A stretch of 64,000 bases of DNA from the human T2T-CHM13v2.0 reference genome, Homo sapiens (GCF_009914755.1 NC_060926.1); one strand, 5' to 3'. Shown: positions 45,721-60,798, numbered from the stretch's first letter. The notes: generated by a model from the sequence alone, not told the origin. Program-made: numbers and translations.

Positions 45721-47246
45721 ATGGCTGCTGGAAGGGTTCTACCGGGGACTCCTACAGCAGCTTGTTAGATCTCCTTCCTCCCAATTCCCTGAAGTTGGTG
45801 GAACAGGAAGAGGACGAGAAGTCATGTTTGTATGTTGTCCCCTTGGAATCTCTCAAAAATCCGCAATATCCCGATTTGAGAAATGAGCATCACAGAGAAA
45901 GCAAAGCGGTAGTTGGAAGCTGCCAAGCTTGTGAGCAACGAGACGGAATCCACGCCCAGGGCTTTCTAACGGCGGGGCCACGCCCTCCACACTCCACCTC
46001 GGCCCTCTGCCCTGCGATGGTGCAGAGACAGGGTGTGGTCAAGGGGCCTAGGGTGAGGGTCCTGCCAGTACTTTACAGGAAACTCCCCCTCTTTTAGCCT
46101 CATTTGTCAAAGAAAGGGCTTAGACACTAAAATCTTTTAAGTTTCCTTCTAGCTCAATCTCTCTTTGATTTAATACCTTCTAAAAGAGATTTGGGGCCCC
46201 AGAAAAAAAGAAAGCAAGAAAGCAACTGGCACTTCTGTGGTTGACTCAGCACAGAGGCCTGGACAGGCATCAGGAGGCTGGGCTCCTCCTATTTTGGGCC
46301 TCGTGAGTTCATCCTGAGGCCTGTGCCAGTCCCTGCGGTTTCTCATCTCTCCATCCTGGTCTGTATGACAAAATGGCTAAAAATACCGGGCTCCCCGCGG
46401 GCCCGCCACCCGGCTAACACCCTCCCTTGAATCAGCTCATTTTTTAGTCTTGGGTATGCTGCAGATGAGAGTCCAGGACAAGCCACCTTCGGAAGCTCTG
46501 ACTCCCAGGAACCCCGCTTGGGTTGGTCCTTGTGCTCTGGTGGAAGAAGCTTGGGCGCTGTCCACTTCCTAGGCAGGTAACTTGGCATGTCTGAGCCTCA
46601 GTTTCCAGGTCTCCTCATCCCACAAATACACCTACAGATTGTGTGAGTGACAAGCCTAATCCTGCTGAGGGCTTGATCCGCGTAGATTCATGCTTACCCT
46701 GGACCCCTCGTCAGCTGGGTCCCTGCAGGAGAATTTTCTCCCAAGGAAAACCTGGGCCTGTCATCACTCAGGCCTGCACATTGACCCAGTTTCTCGCAGG
46801 CTTTCCTAAATTGCTTTCTGAAACAGTCACGAAGGTGAATCGTTGTGTGCAGCCACTGCAGGGACAAAGGCTGGCACGCTGGTCATCCCATTTCAGGTCC
46901 GTGTGTCCCATTTCACTGCACTGTCCTGTGCCAGCGCTGCCCAAGTCTTCGAGTGCTCCGTGGCCTCCCACCCCTGCCTCTCCGTGGGCGGCTTCTGTGA
47001 GGCCTCCGAGAAGCAGGAATGAAAGGTGACGTGAAAGGAAGCCGGGCTTGCTGTGGTCAGGTGAGGGCCAGCACAGTGAGTTTGAGAACATCTCACCTCC
47101 ACAAGCAGGAGCCCTACAACCTTGGGACATTGTTTCATCTTCTGGACTCTCAATATTGGCTTTGAAAAAAATAAAAACACCCCTTTATCTTGTCTGAAGA
47201 AAGGAATATGAAAAAAAAATCCATCTCCTTTACATGGAAGATGTGA

Positions 47247-47798
<552 letters not shown>

Positions 47799-48187
47799 TG
47801 AGTGGCCTCGTATGCTTAGCTTGGTCAGGGGCTGGCGCTGCGGGGCCAGGCTCAGGGGCTTCATTCTCACTGGTCGTGGGCCTCCGCGCTGTTGGCTGCC
47901 ACTAGAAAGCTTGTATGCCAGAGACTCCGGCTCTGAAGTTGGACTCCAGTCAATCTGCCCGTGCCCCTCGGGTTCCCCAAGAGCTTTCCATGTAGGAATG
48001 CAACTGTTCTCACGGAGCAAAGACAGAAGTGAGGGCCACCACCCTCTTTTCTCCTTTTCCTTTGTGTTTTATGCACATATATTAAAGAGAATAGCTCTAG
48101 AAGGTGTCTTGTAGAAACACAACAGCAGTTCCTGCCCCTGCTCCCTATTTCCCTCCTTGAAGTAGCCTCTTTCACTTTGCTTACTGA

Positions 48188-48438
48188 TTTTTTTGTTGTT
48201 TGGTTTTTTTTAAGACAGGGTCTCGCTTTGAACACAGCTCACTGCAGCCTCGACCTTCCAGACTCAAGCGACCCTCCTGCCTCAGTCCCCCAAGTAGCCG
48301 GGACCACTGGCATGCGCGACCACTCCCAGCGAATTTATTTTTGTATTTTTAGTAGAGATGGTCGTCTTGCCATGTTGCCCAGGCTGGTCTTGAACTCCTG
48401 AGCTCAAGAGATCCGTCCACCTCGGCCTCCCAAAGTGT
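48188..48438 (-). mobile_element. Alu (AluJ-type), partial
   Basis: Reverse Alu, truncated and deleted. Confidence 0.9.
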
Positions 48439-48448
48439 TTTTAGCTGA

Positions 48449-48789
<341 letters not shown>

Positions 48790-48919
48790 GCATAATCACT
48801 TTTTAATTTTTCAGTGTGGACCCCATCACTGACTTCTCATTCTGGAAGGTGGAAATTAAGCTCATTTTCCACCCTCTGCTACCCCTACACATGTGAATCC
48901 TTCAGTCAGGCCGAACCCC

Positions 48920-49327
48920 TGTTGTCTCTAAGGGATGGTACCACACCGTGTCCAGGAGGCCAAAGAAGAGACCCGGATCCAGTGAACGAAACGTAGGGTT
49001 TATTGAGGGCTTACCTACAGGACAGTTCAGGAGTGGCAGCTGGACAGGAGAACTGCTACTGTTTGTAAAAAGCGTGCAGTTTATGTAGCATTTTCACTTA
49101 GCAACCTCCACCTAGCAACCTTCATTTAACCCAAAACAAAGGGCTTCTCGATTCCTTGTACAACCTGTGTTCAAAGGAACGGACCAGGGGTTCAGATGCC
49201 ATTTATAGATAAGGAGGGAATTTTCAGGTTGGCCACTCCAAGATTCCTTAGCTCAGAATGCAGAACACACACAGGGTCACTCTCAGGGTGTGCTTGAGTT
49301 ATTGCTGTCAGGTGCATCTGCTATACA
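48920..49327 (-). mobile_element. LTR32-like ERVL solo LTR
   Basis: Ends cagggtcactctcagggtgtgcttgagttattgctgtcaggtgcatctgctataca; reverse poly-A signal tttatt near 48999. Confidence 0.7.
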
Positions 49328-50015
49328 CCTTCCTACACTCTTTCATCCCTATGGAATTATGATATAATTTTGGTTAGATTCATAGCCACCATATGTCATT
49401 AAGCCATGGAAATACTTTAGATCAGTTAAAAAATATAGTAAATATCATGACTAGTTTTCCTTCTCTACTCAAATTTTTGTTATCCTTGAAGTTAATAATT
49501 GTCTTTTTATGGTTTAATTTTCTGTGTGCTTATCACCAATTCAACTCCAAACTTTTCACCAGTTGTCTCAAGGTCCTCTCGAGACATTCCAATGTACCAG
49601 GCACTGCTAGGTTCATCTTCCTGAAATGGTCAGTCTCTCCAGGCACTTTCCTACCTGCGCCCTGTGTCCAGAGCGCACCTGTCATCCCAGCATCTGCCTG
49701 TGCCTCATCTAGGGACCACCCTCAGCTGCCTTTCCATGCGGGGGTGCTTGTTTTCTGTGCCCAGTGACTCTTTCTTGGGTTACCCCTCCTTTTAAAGGGG
49801 GGCATTCTCTAGAGGTTTCCCGAGAACGGAGTCATTGCAGGTAAGCCTTTTGGGTCCTTGTGTGTCTGAACGTGTCCTGTTCTAACCTCTCCCTGATGAA
49901 TAGGTTAGCTATTTGTAGCATTCTAGATCATAAACCAGTATCCCTTGAATTCCAAAGTCATTGCTCTCCTATCTTTTAGTTTCCAGGGTTGCTATAGGAT
50001 ATCAAGCCCATTCTG

Positions 50016-50316
50016 GGCTGGGTGTGGTAGCCTGTAATCCCAGTAGTTTGGGAGGTCAGGGCTGGTGGATCACTTGAGGTGAGGAGTTCAAGACCAGTCT
50101 GGGCAACATGGCGATACCCCATCTCTACTAAAAATACAAAAATTAGCTGGGCGTGGTGATGCACACCTATAATCCCAGCTACTCTGGGAAGCTGAGGCAT
50201 GAGAATCACTTGAACCCGGGAGGTGGAGGTTGCAGGGAGCTGAGATCGCACCTCTGTACTCCAGCCTGGATGACAGAGCGAGACTCTGTTTCAAAAAACA
50301 GGAAAAGAAAAAGAAA
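50016..50316 (+). mobile_element. Alu (AluS-type)
   Basis: TSD aagcccattct. Confidence 0.96.
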
Positions 50317-50973
50317 TGAAGCCCATTCTACTTCCTAGCTTTTGGAAAGTGACCTGTTCCCGTCTCTGGAAGCTTGCAGGATCTTCTGTTTGTCCACAGT
50401 ATTCTGAAATGTCCCAGAGATGAGGTCTGGTGTGTGTCTGAATGCCTAATGAGGAAAGGTGCACTCCGTGGCTCAGTTCTCTAGAGAAGACATTTCCAGT
50501 CTCTTCACCGAGGCAAAGACCCAGCTTCAGACCTCAGGTCTGCTATGGGGGCAGTGGTCTGAGCATTCAGCATTCATGTATTCGCTTAAACCTGCCATCT
50601 GTGGTGAGAGTGTATGTCCTCAACTGTGCCTGCATCCCCCAATCCCAAGAACCACTTTTACTCTTCTCCTGAGAAGAGACCTCCAATCTTCTCCTGGGGA
50701 GGGAAAGGGCAGGTGCTCATGAGTGAAGAGGGGACCTTGGGACTCAACTACTTTTCTGGATCCTTTGAGTCAATCCTCCTTATTTTAGTAACCCGTTTAC
50801 TTGAGTGCCAGAGGTTCTTGATACTGTTGATTTCTTGAGAATTCCAAGGTGTGCATCTAGTTGGTTCTCAATTTTCTCTAGTGTGGGTTGGAGATTTTGC
50901 TTTCTGGGGCCTGCTAAGTCTGTTACCATTCTTCCATCTGCTTGCAAACATCGTGGTCTGCTCTCCTGTTATT

Positions 50974-51045
50974 TGTGTGTGTGCACGTATGTGTGTGCAT
51001 GTGTGTGGTTGGATGTATGTCTGTGCATATGTGTGTGTGTGTGTG
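50974..51045. repeat. (TG)n-rich simple repeat
   Basis: Interrupted TG run. Confidence 0.85.
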
Positions 51046-51699
51046 AATCTGTTTACTATCATTCTGGTGGACTTTTGGGAGGGAGTGAAATGAGATGTTC
51101 TGTCTGCCACCTTCCCCAGCAGCCTGGTTTCAATATTATGAACAAAGTCCAAAGGCCTCAGAGCACAGAGTTCACGCCACGAACCACCCAGTGGTTTTTC
51201 CATCACAGAGAGATGGTGAGCGCCTTTTCAGGCTGGGGGAAAGAGTTTAGAGAGAGTCTGAAAAGGAAGTAAGTGGGTTGCTATTGTGAGTCCCTGAGAG
51301 AAGGGTCAGAAGGCTGGCGAGGGTGAGGGTGGGAGCAGCACAGACCCCAGGTAGGTTGAGCAGGTGCTCTGCACGCTGTCTGGGACTCTGGGAGGAGAGG
51401 GCTGTGCAGGGCCTCTGTGCTGTCATGGAGCAGGATGGCAGGGAGACAGGGTGGCATGGTAGGAACAGCAAGATAAGGGCCTGAGAGATCCCTGCTTGCC
51501 GAGCGTTCCACAGCTGAGTGTTCCAGAAGACCGAGGGAGGGGACACCAAGAGGAGAAACTAGAAAACCAAGCAGAGTGAGCCCCACCTTAGGCTGAGGCC
51601 AGTGAGGGCAGAGGCCAGTGCCGGCATCAACAGGTGGGGACATACACTCTCCAGGGCACCAGATGACCCTCAGGAGAAGAGAAAGGGGACCCAGAGTCA

Positions 51700-52190
<491 letters not shown>

Positions 52191-52994
52191 TGATAGAGTA
52201 ATGGTTTACTCATCCAGGAGTCCTATCCTTGGACTGACCCGGTTCTGTCTGTCCTGCTCTGTTTGTCTAGATCTTCATCAAAGTTATTTAGCTAAAGCTT
52301 ATTTTCACCAGTTGCCCCAAGCATACGTCAGTATGGTCACGTGACTATACAAGGAGCTATTCTATATGGACCATAGGGGAGGGGCAGGCGTTCACCAACT
52401 GGAGGAGAAAGGACATCTGCAGCAGAAGGTGTTCAAAGGTGTGCACAGAAGTGAGGAGATAACGAACAGTATGTTTGGGGAACATAACTACCTTGGAGCC
52501 AGGATCTCACATTGTTCAGCATCCCGAGTGACACACTGAGTGGCCCGGGGCAGAACCGTGTGTTCTCGAGCTGTATGCATCATCATGGGCCCACCTGGGG
52601 GGACTTCTGATCTACACTTCTGCAGAGAACGTTCCCTACAGCCACGGACCAAGGCATCTGAAGAAGGCACATGCCTATCTGTGACTGGTTCCACAGTGAC
52701 TCATCAGGTCTTAAGTTTTTTTAAAAAAGGCTGACTGAGGAGGTTTCCAGACCTGCACTTTTCCAGATGGTTCTGTGGGCTTTGGCCTGAGGTTGGGCTG
52801 AACCCTGCTGGAACACGGGCGATTGGAAAGGTTCACCGAAGAGTGAGAACAACTCCAAACCTTCTTCTACCCACCCCTCCAACATGAAAAAGTAAAAAGA
52901 CTAGGAGAGGAAATGGAAACTCTAGCACTTCTCTTTTGGTGAAACCTTATGAAAATAAGTCAATTTCTTGCCTTTGTGCTTCCTTTGGAAAGAC

Positions 52995-53170
52995 TTTTTA
53001 GCCTTTGGAGTCTGATGAAGCTAGGTATGAGTTTGGCCCCACTGCTGTCTGGCTAAGAGATCTTGGACAACTTACTTAACTTTTCTGAGCCTCAATTGTT
53101 GGGAGAATTGAGACAATGTAGGTGAAGTGCCTTCTGGGTCTATACTTGAGGTAGGATAGGGTTTAATATC
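52995..53170 (+). mobile_element. MIR
   Basis: gcctttggagtctga...gatcttggacaacttacttaacttttctgagcctcaa. Confidence 0.75.
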
Positions 53171-53319
53171 AGTGTTCCTCTTCGTATTCCACTAAGGTAG
53201 CTTTTTAGCTTTCTTTGACAAGTCAGTTCTCTAGTTCTCCGTTTTCTCACTTGTAATTAGGACATCGGATTGGACATTCTCTAAGTTCCTCTCAGCGCCA
53301 GTATGCTATGACATTTTTT

Positions 53320-53415
53320 CTAAAATAAGGTTTGTGGACTACTTAGAACAGAATAACTTTAAGTGTGTTTTAAAAACACAGATTCCTGGGTTCCTCTCCA
53401 GACCTGCTGAAACTT
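53320..53415. mobile_element. MER5-family fragment
   Basis: ttttaaaaacacagattcctgggttcctctccagacctgctgaa. Confidence 0.55.
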
Positions 53416-53617
53416 GCACTTCCCTTGTGCTTCCTCATGCTTGGCAATCTCTGTTCTGTTTTACATCTTATCTACCTTGCCCATCTTTATAACTCAATCT
53501 AAAATCTCAATGCTGGGCTAATGGTAGGGCCTCAATATGTCCTTGATTACTACAACTCGCTGCCTAGACTGGGAACTACCTTTGCTGCCATCTTGGTTTC
53601 TTCGAGGGTCAGTCCTC

Positions 53618-53681
53618 TTGTCTTCAATATGTGTAGTGATTCCCCCAAAATAGAAGACAGCTCAGGTCAGAGAAAAAGCCT
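53618..53681 (+). repeat. Direct repeat copy 1 (64 bp; 50-bp identical core)
   Basis: Core identical to 54925-54974. Confidence 0.95.
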
Positions 53682-54581
53682 GGGCATCTATGAGGATGAG
53701 TGGGAAATAGGGAGTCTGGAAAAGGAGAGTTTTGGATCATGGACCCTCAGAGGCTCCTTCCCAGTCTGGAATCCTGAGACTCTAGTTTCCACTGAGGGAA
53801 CTGATTCCACTGTGCTAGTTCACATCACCTCCTCTGTTTGTCAACTCCCAGCTTCCATTTCCAGTTTATTCCTTTCTCTTCATTACTACCTATGTGACAG
53901 ACTGGTGCTGTGAGATTAGTGTGTTTCATGCGCATCCATTCTTTGTTACATCTTGAGATCTACTCTTATTTGTGCTCGCATAACCCTAGTCTATCCCCCG
54001 AACTACTGTCTGGAATCCCTCTGCAGGACCATTTCACAATTTATTTATGCCTTCTCCTATTGATGGTTATGTACATGGTTTCCAGTTCTTCCCTATTACA
54101 GACAACACTGTGATCACCCCCTCATACCTGTTGCCTTGTGTACTCAGGTACAAGCATTTATCTAAACACCTAGAAGGAGCCTTGCTGGGTTACACTTGCA
54201 GTTTCCCTAGATACTGCTGAATTGCCCTCCAAAATGATGGTGTCAATTTACACTCCCATCCATTGTATATGGGAAGACCCATTTCCCTCAACCTTTCCAA
54301 CACTTGATGTTGTTAGACTTTGTTTTGCTAATCTGATGGGTGACCGTGGTATCTTGTTGTAATTTGCCTGTTTCTGATTCCTAATTCTGTTGAGTAAACC
54401 CATTTGGGTTTCTTCTACTGTAAATTACCTAGTCATATATTTTGCCCATTTGTCTGTTCCTTGTTATTTTATGGGAGTTCTTTAAACATCCTTGATACCA
54501 ATCCTTTGTCTATCATGTTTTGCATATATTTTCCTCCAATCAATACTTATGTTTTAATTTTGTCTATGGTGTCTTTTATCG

Positions 54582-54806
54582 GTGACTTTTGAACAGGGGA
54601 GTTACACAGGGTTGAATTTTGAAAGACCTCTCTCTTAAACCAGAAGTGTATTGATAGAGCATATATAGATCCACAGAGCAATAAAACAGAGAAAAGACCT
54701 GTGCATATATGGGAACTGAGTTTACGATAGAATGGCATCATACATCAGAGAGGAAAGGACATACTATTTGATAAATGGTATTGAAGCAATTAGCTATTTA
54801 TATGAA
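54582..54806 (+). repeat. Inverted repeat, left arm
   Basis: Reverse complement of 55103-55338; about 26 mismatches and one 11-nt indel by manual alignment. Confidence 0.95.
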
Positions 54807-54910
54807 GTTTTAAATTCTGATGTGGTCAAATTTGATAATTTTTTTAGCCTATAATTTTTGCTTCTGGTGTCTGATTTAAGTATATTTTGTCTATGCCAAT
54901 GTCATAAATA

Positions 54911-54974
54911 TTGTCTTCAATGGATGTAGTGATTCCCCCAAAATAGAAGACAGCTCAGGTCAGAGAAAAAGCCT
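54911..54974 (+). repeat. Direct repeat copy 2 (templated insertion)
   Basis: Copy of 53618-53681 lying inside L1 sequence. Confidence 0.95.
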
Positions 54975-55102
54975 TGTAGTGAAACTACAAGTCTATGCTT
55001 GATTTAAATTTTCTTCTAATTATTTTACAGTATTTTTGTCACATTTAGGTCTTGAATTTATTTTTGGATATGGTGTGAGGGAGGGATATAATTATACATT
55101 AT

Positions 55103-55338
55103 TTCATATAGATAACTAATTGCTTCAATACCATTTATTGAATAGTATGTCCTTTCCTCTCTGATGTATGACGCCATTCTGTCATAAATCCAGTTCCTAT
55201 ATATGCATGCGTATTTTCCTGAACTCGATTCTGTTTTACTGCTCTGTAGGTCTATATATGCACGATCAATACACTTCTGGTTTAAGAGAGTGGTCTTTCT
55301 AAATTCAATCCTGTGTAACTCCTCTGTTAAAAAGTTAT
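55103..55338 (-). repeat. Inverted repeat, right arm (likely donor)
   Basis: Colinear with surrounding L1 and L2 sequence. Confidence 0.95.
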
Positions 55339-55780
55339 CAAAGTGTTCAGTCAAATGGTCCTTTATCATCTAATCCCTGCCTATTTTTGGCCATCTTCTC
55401 TCTCCTGTCTTTCCCCAAGTCCCTGTGGCACTATCAAAATCATTTACCCTAGGCTTTATCTCAGTTGATCTACTTGCTGTCCTTCCAACCCATGCTGAGG
55501 TTTTGCCTTCCTGCCTTTGTACACATTGTTCTCTCTGCCTGGAATGCCTTTCCTACTCATTTCTTGTCTGATGAAGTTTAACCGAAATGCTTTTTCAACA
55601 CCTTTCCCAACCCCCCAGTTGGGGTTCTCCTAGGTGCTCCCCAGCACTTTGCTCATCTCTACCATGGCTCTCCAGATGTTCTACTCACCTAATTTAGGAC
55701 TCTAGTCAGGCTCCTCCACCCGATAGGCTAGGAGAGCTTCCCAAGGGCAGGAGTGCATCTAATACATTTCCATGTCTGCC
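55285..55780 (+). mobile_element. L2 fragment
   Basis: gtggtctttctaaattcaatcctgtgtaactcctctgttaaaa...tttgtacacattgttctctctgcctggaatgcctttcc. Confidence 0.7.
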
Positions 55781-55834
55781 TTCCCCTAGTCACCCACCCC
55801 AGTTGACCTAACTTGTGTCTGGCATGGAGCCAGG

Positions 55835-56060
55835 CAATAATAGCTGCATCCACTGAATACTGACTATCTGCCATCTACTCTCCTATTTCATACTTATGGC
55901 AACCTTTGAATGTGGTAGAATAATTCCCATTCTTCAGATGAGAACATTGAGGTTCAGAGCAGCGATGTAGCCTGCAAGGGCACATAACTGGAAGCATCAC
56001 AGCTGAGATCCAGACCCCAGTCTTTCTGACTTTAGAGCCCATGCTCTCCCACTACAGTCT
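55835..56060 (-). mobile_element. MIR
   Basis: attcccattcttcagatgagaacattgaggttcagag...ggcacataactggaag...ctgactttagagccc. Confidence 0.8.
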
Positions 56061-57274
56061 ACACTGGGGCTCAGTAAACATTTACTGAGTGAAAGAATAA
56101 ATACGTGCAGAACCCAGCCAACAGAGAGCATCCCCGGAGGTGGGGCCAGGGCCCCAGGCACTCAGAGGAGGCAGGCCTCTGGCAGTAGCTAAGCAGATTC
56201 CCGTCTCAGATGTCAGCCCTGCCCACCCTTCTGTGCCCCCCCACCCCCCTGGTTGGTGTTTGTGGGACAGTTTCCACTGTGTTGCCTGGGAAACGAGGCA
56301 TCCTGCCACCACCACTCCCCACCTCCGGGCTGCCAACACCTACCACGCCCGGCTTGGGGGTTTTGGCTGGTTTCCCTTGTGTCCTAGTCAGCTTGAGAAA
56401 CCCTCGGATGCACTCGCCACTTTTACAGTGTGGCTTTGCTCATCTGGGTGGGAGGTACTGCCTGGGGTGAGCTCATCACCTCTGGTTCCTCAGTGCCACC
56501 CACTGATGTCTCTTGGCACTGAGTTCTTACAACTTGTTCCAGGGGATATTTGGTGGTTGATGGTCACCACCCATGTGTCATGGTCCCTGAGCATCCCCCG
56601 CCACCCCACTGCTCCCTATTTTGGCAGTTACTGTCACCCTCTAGGGATGCAGGGATGCAGTTTACCTATCTAGAGTGCGGTGATCAGGTGGGGAAGTACA
56701 AATGGCAATTGACAGCTAGAGAGCTTGAAACCCTCCCACTTGGCTCTGCTCACCCTGGACTCTGGGAGACCTCAGCTGCCCAGCAGTGGAGGCTGGGGCA
56801 GCAGAGGGGCCAGACCTGGGAGCCCAGAAGCCTGGATCTGAGTCTGACTCACTGCTAGCCTTTGACCTTTGGAGGCTTGGGCAAGCTGAGGAACTTCTCT
56901 GGTCTTAATCTCCACCCCCTGCTGGAGTAGGTGAGGTCAATGAGTGAGGGCATGTAACTTCCTCTTGGTAAGCCCTGGGTTCCTGGAGACAGGAGAGGGA
57001 GGGTGGTTTTCCAGGGGCATTTGTTGACATTTCTAGAGAATATCTGAGGCTTCGACAGAATCAGACCTCAGAAATGTGGGCCTGCCTTGCTGTTGTGGGG
57101 GATGGTGGCTGGAAAGTGGGGAGGGAGATGAGACCCCAGCTTTCTCTGGCTGTGGCCTGGGCAAGGCCCCCTACTCCCTGCCCGTGCTCCCTGTCTGTCC
57201 AGTAGCAGGCTCATGTGTGACTCTCTAGGGTACATGGCTATGTATATTCCTAAATCAAATTAAATCCCATTCCC

Positions 57275-57579
<305 letters not shown>

Positions 57580-58259
57580 TCAAATTCCTGCCCCCCACAT
57601 CCTGCCATTTGGGGGACTTGTAGTATCAGTTATTCCTTGGTTCTTCCCTTCCCTATACCCCCTGTAATGTGCAAAATCCAAGCTGGTTCCTGCTAAGACA
57701 CCCACTGCCCCAGCTCCAACCTCAGGCCCTGAGGAGAACTTGCTGCTTCTGAGCCTGTAGCCTGGGGCCTGGGGGTGATTGATGACCAGAGACCCTGGAC
57801 CCTGAGCCCAGCCTCCCCTCCTCAGCATCATTGTCGTCAGGCAGGTTGAGGACCTGCCAGTCATATGGCCTGATTGGCTCTTCACCTGCTCCCTAGGCGC
57901 CTGAAGCCCCCTCCCCTCCGCTCCAGAAGACATAGCACATGGGCTCCCCAGCTCATTCAGGCTGTTAAGGAAACAAAGGTCAGGGAGGAGCGAGGCTGTA
58001 ATGCAACCTTCTGTGGCATAGGACAGAGCCTGGCTCTTCTGATGGGGGCAGCAGGTAGGGATAAAGCAAGGGAGAAAACCGCTTTTTCCACGTCCTTACA
58101 TCTAGAGCCTCTTTCCATGAGGACACCCCATAGCCATGGGATGCAGAGAGCAACAGTTTACTTCCTCCACTTTTTAGCCGAATGAGTTCACCAGCCTCAG
58201 CTTCACCAGATGTCAAACGGGGATGATGGTCAGGCCAACAGGCTAACTCGGTGGGGTGC

Positions 58260-58622
58260 TGATATGGTTTAGCTGTGTCCCCACCCAAATCTCATCTGGA
58301 ATTGTAGCTCACATAATTCCCATATGTCGTGGGAAATACCCAATGGAAAGTGATTGAATCAGGGGGGCGAGTCTTTCCTGTGCTGTTCTCGTGATAGTGA
58401 ATAGATCTCACAAGATCTGGTGGTTTTATAAAGAGCAGTTCCTCTGCACATGCGTCTTGCCTGCCGCAATGTAAAGCATGCCTTTGCTTCTCCTTTGCCT
58501 TCTGCCATGAGTGTGAGGCCTCCCCAGCCATGTGGAACTGTGAGTCCATTAAATCTCTTTCCTTAATAAATTACCCAGTCTCGGGTATGTCTTTATTAGC
58601 AGTGTGAGAACAGACTAATACA
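58260..58622 (+). mobile_element. THE1B solo LTR
   Basis: tgatatggtttagctgtgtccccacccaaatctcatc...gaacagactaataca; 5-bp TSD ggtgc. Confidence 0.95.
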
Positions 58623-58817
58623 GGTGCTATTTGGCATTTTGAGTGGGATAATTTTAAAATTGTGCATCTTACCCATTTCGAAATATTTAGCATGGGTACT
58701 AAATATCAGTAACACCCCCGGTCACTATGACACCAAAACTAAAAAATTAAATGCCCTCACATAGCTCCAAATGCCTCCTAAGGTAAGGGCAGTACTATCC
58801 CCAGGTAAGAATCGCTT
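58623..58817. mobile_element. MER20-like DNA transposon fragment
   Basis: gctatttggcattttgagtgggataattt...cagtaacaccccc...tgacaccaaaa...ccccaggtaagaatcgct. Confidence 0.55.
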
Positions 58818-58834
58818 TAAAAAAAATTTATATT

Positions 58835-59620
<786 letters not shown>

Positions 59621-59904
59621 GGCTAACTGAGGGGGCTGGGCAAAGGCTGGTCATTCGTCTTCTGCCCCCACTACACCTTGAAGCCCCAAAAGGTAAGACA
59701 GTGCCTTTCTTGTTTCCTCAACATGGAAAGGTCATGTTGGTCATGACCTTCCAAGGTTGTGACCAATCACTCAGTAGGTGATGGATCAGTGCTTCCTGTC
59801 CTGAATGCATGCATGATGGAGGAATGACTTTTACATTTAGGCCAACATTTTCCAAAATGTATTCCCAAACCAAAAGAAGAATAGCTGATCAATTTCCCAA
59901 AGGA

Positions 59905-60130
59905 GGATAAACATACCAGGCATTCACTCACTGCCATCTGGGCCAGGCCTCACAAGCATGATCTCTTCCAGTTTAATGCATACAGCAGCCCACCTAGCCC
60001 CACTAGACAACTGCAAAAACTGAGGCTCTGAGAATTTAATGTCTTGCCAGAGACATTAAAGGTCATGGTAAAGACAAAATTCAAAAGCAGATGCTGTTAT
60101 ATCAAGTCAAATGCTTTTTCTAACACAGTG
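59905..60130 (-). mobile_element. MIR
   Basis: aaactgaggctctgagaatttaatgtcttgccagagac. Confidence 0.6.
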
Positions 60131-60183
60131 TACACACGCACAGAAATAAGCTAATGATCAGTCAGGGAAAACATTCTGCACCT

Positions 60184-60207
60184 TGTGTGTGTGTGTGTGC
60201 GTGTGTA
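60184..60207. repeat. (TG)n microsatellite
   Basis: tgtgtgtgtgtgtgtgcgtgtgt. Confidence 0.9.
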
Positions 60208-60429
60208 TTTGCAGTCGCCTCTCAGGTTTTCCATGGAACTGTTGTGTAAATGGAGGTGGCTGGCTCAGGAGCAGCCCTGCAGGATTCACAGGGGTGAAGT
60301 GTCAGCACGGGCAAAACCAAACACATCCAGAGAAATCCGAACCAGCTCTGTTTGCAAAGAACAGAGGCTGCTCAGCTGAGGCAAGAACACCACTGTTGTC
60401 TGCACTGGCTTTCATCTGGAATGTCTTTA

Positions 60430-60798
<369 letters not shown>

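Larger units (their letters stand above)
49335..51117 (-). mobile_element. HAL1-like element, internally deleted and interrupted by Alu
   Basis: ccttgtgtgtctgaacgtgtc...attgctctcctatcttttagtttccagggttgcta...; 5' end acttttgggagggagtgaa...tctgccacctt. Confidence 0.6.
53900..55270 (-). mobile_element. L1ME-like fragment hosting local duplications
   Basis: accatttcacaatttattt...tgctaatctgatgggtg...tttttggatatggtgtgagg...caataccatttattgaatagt. Confidence 0.75.
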
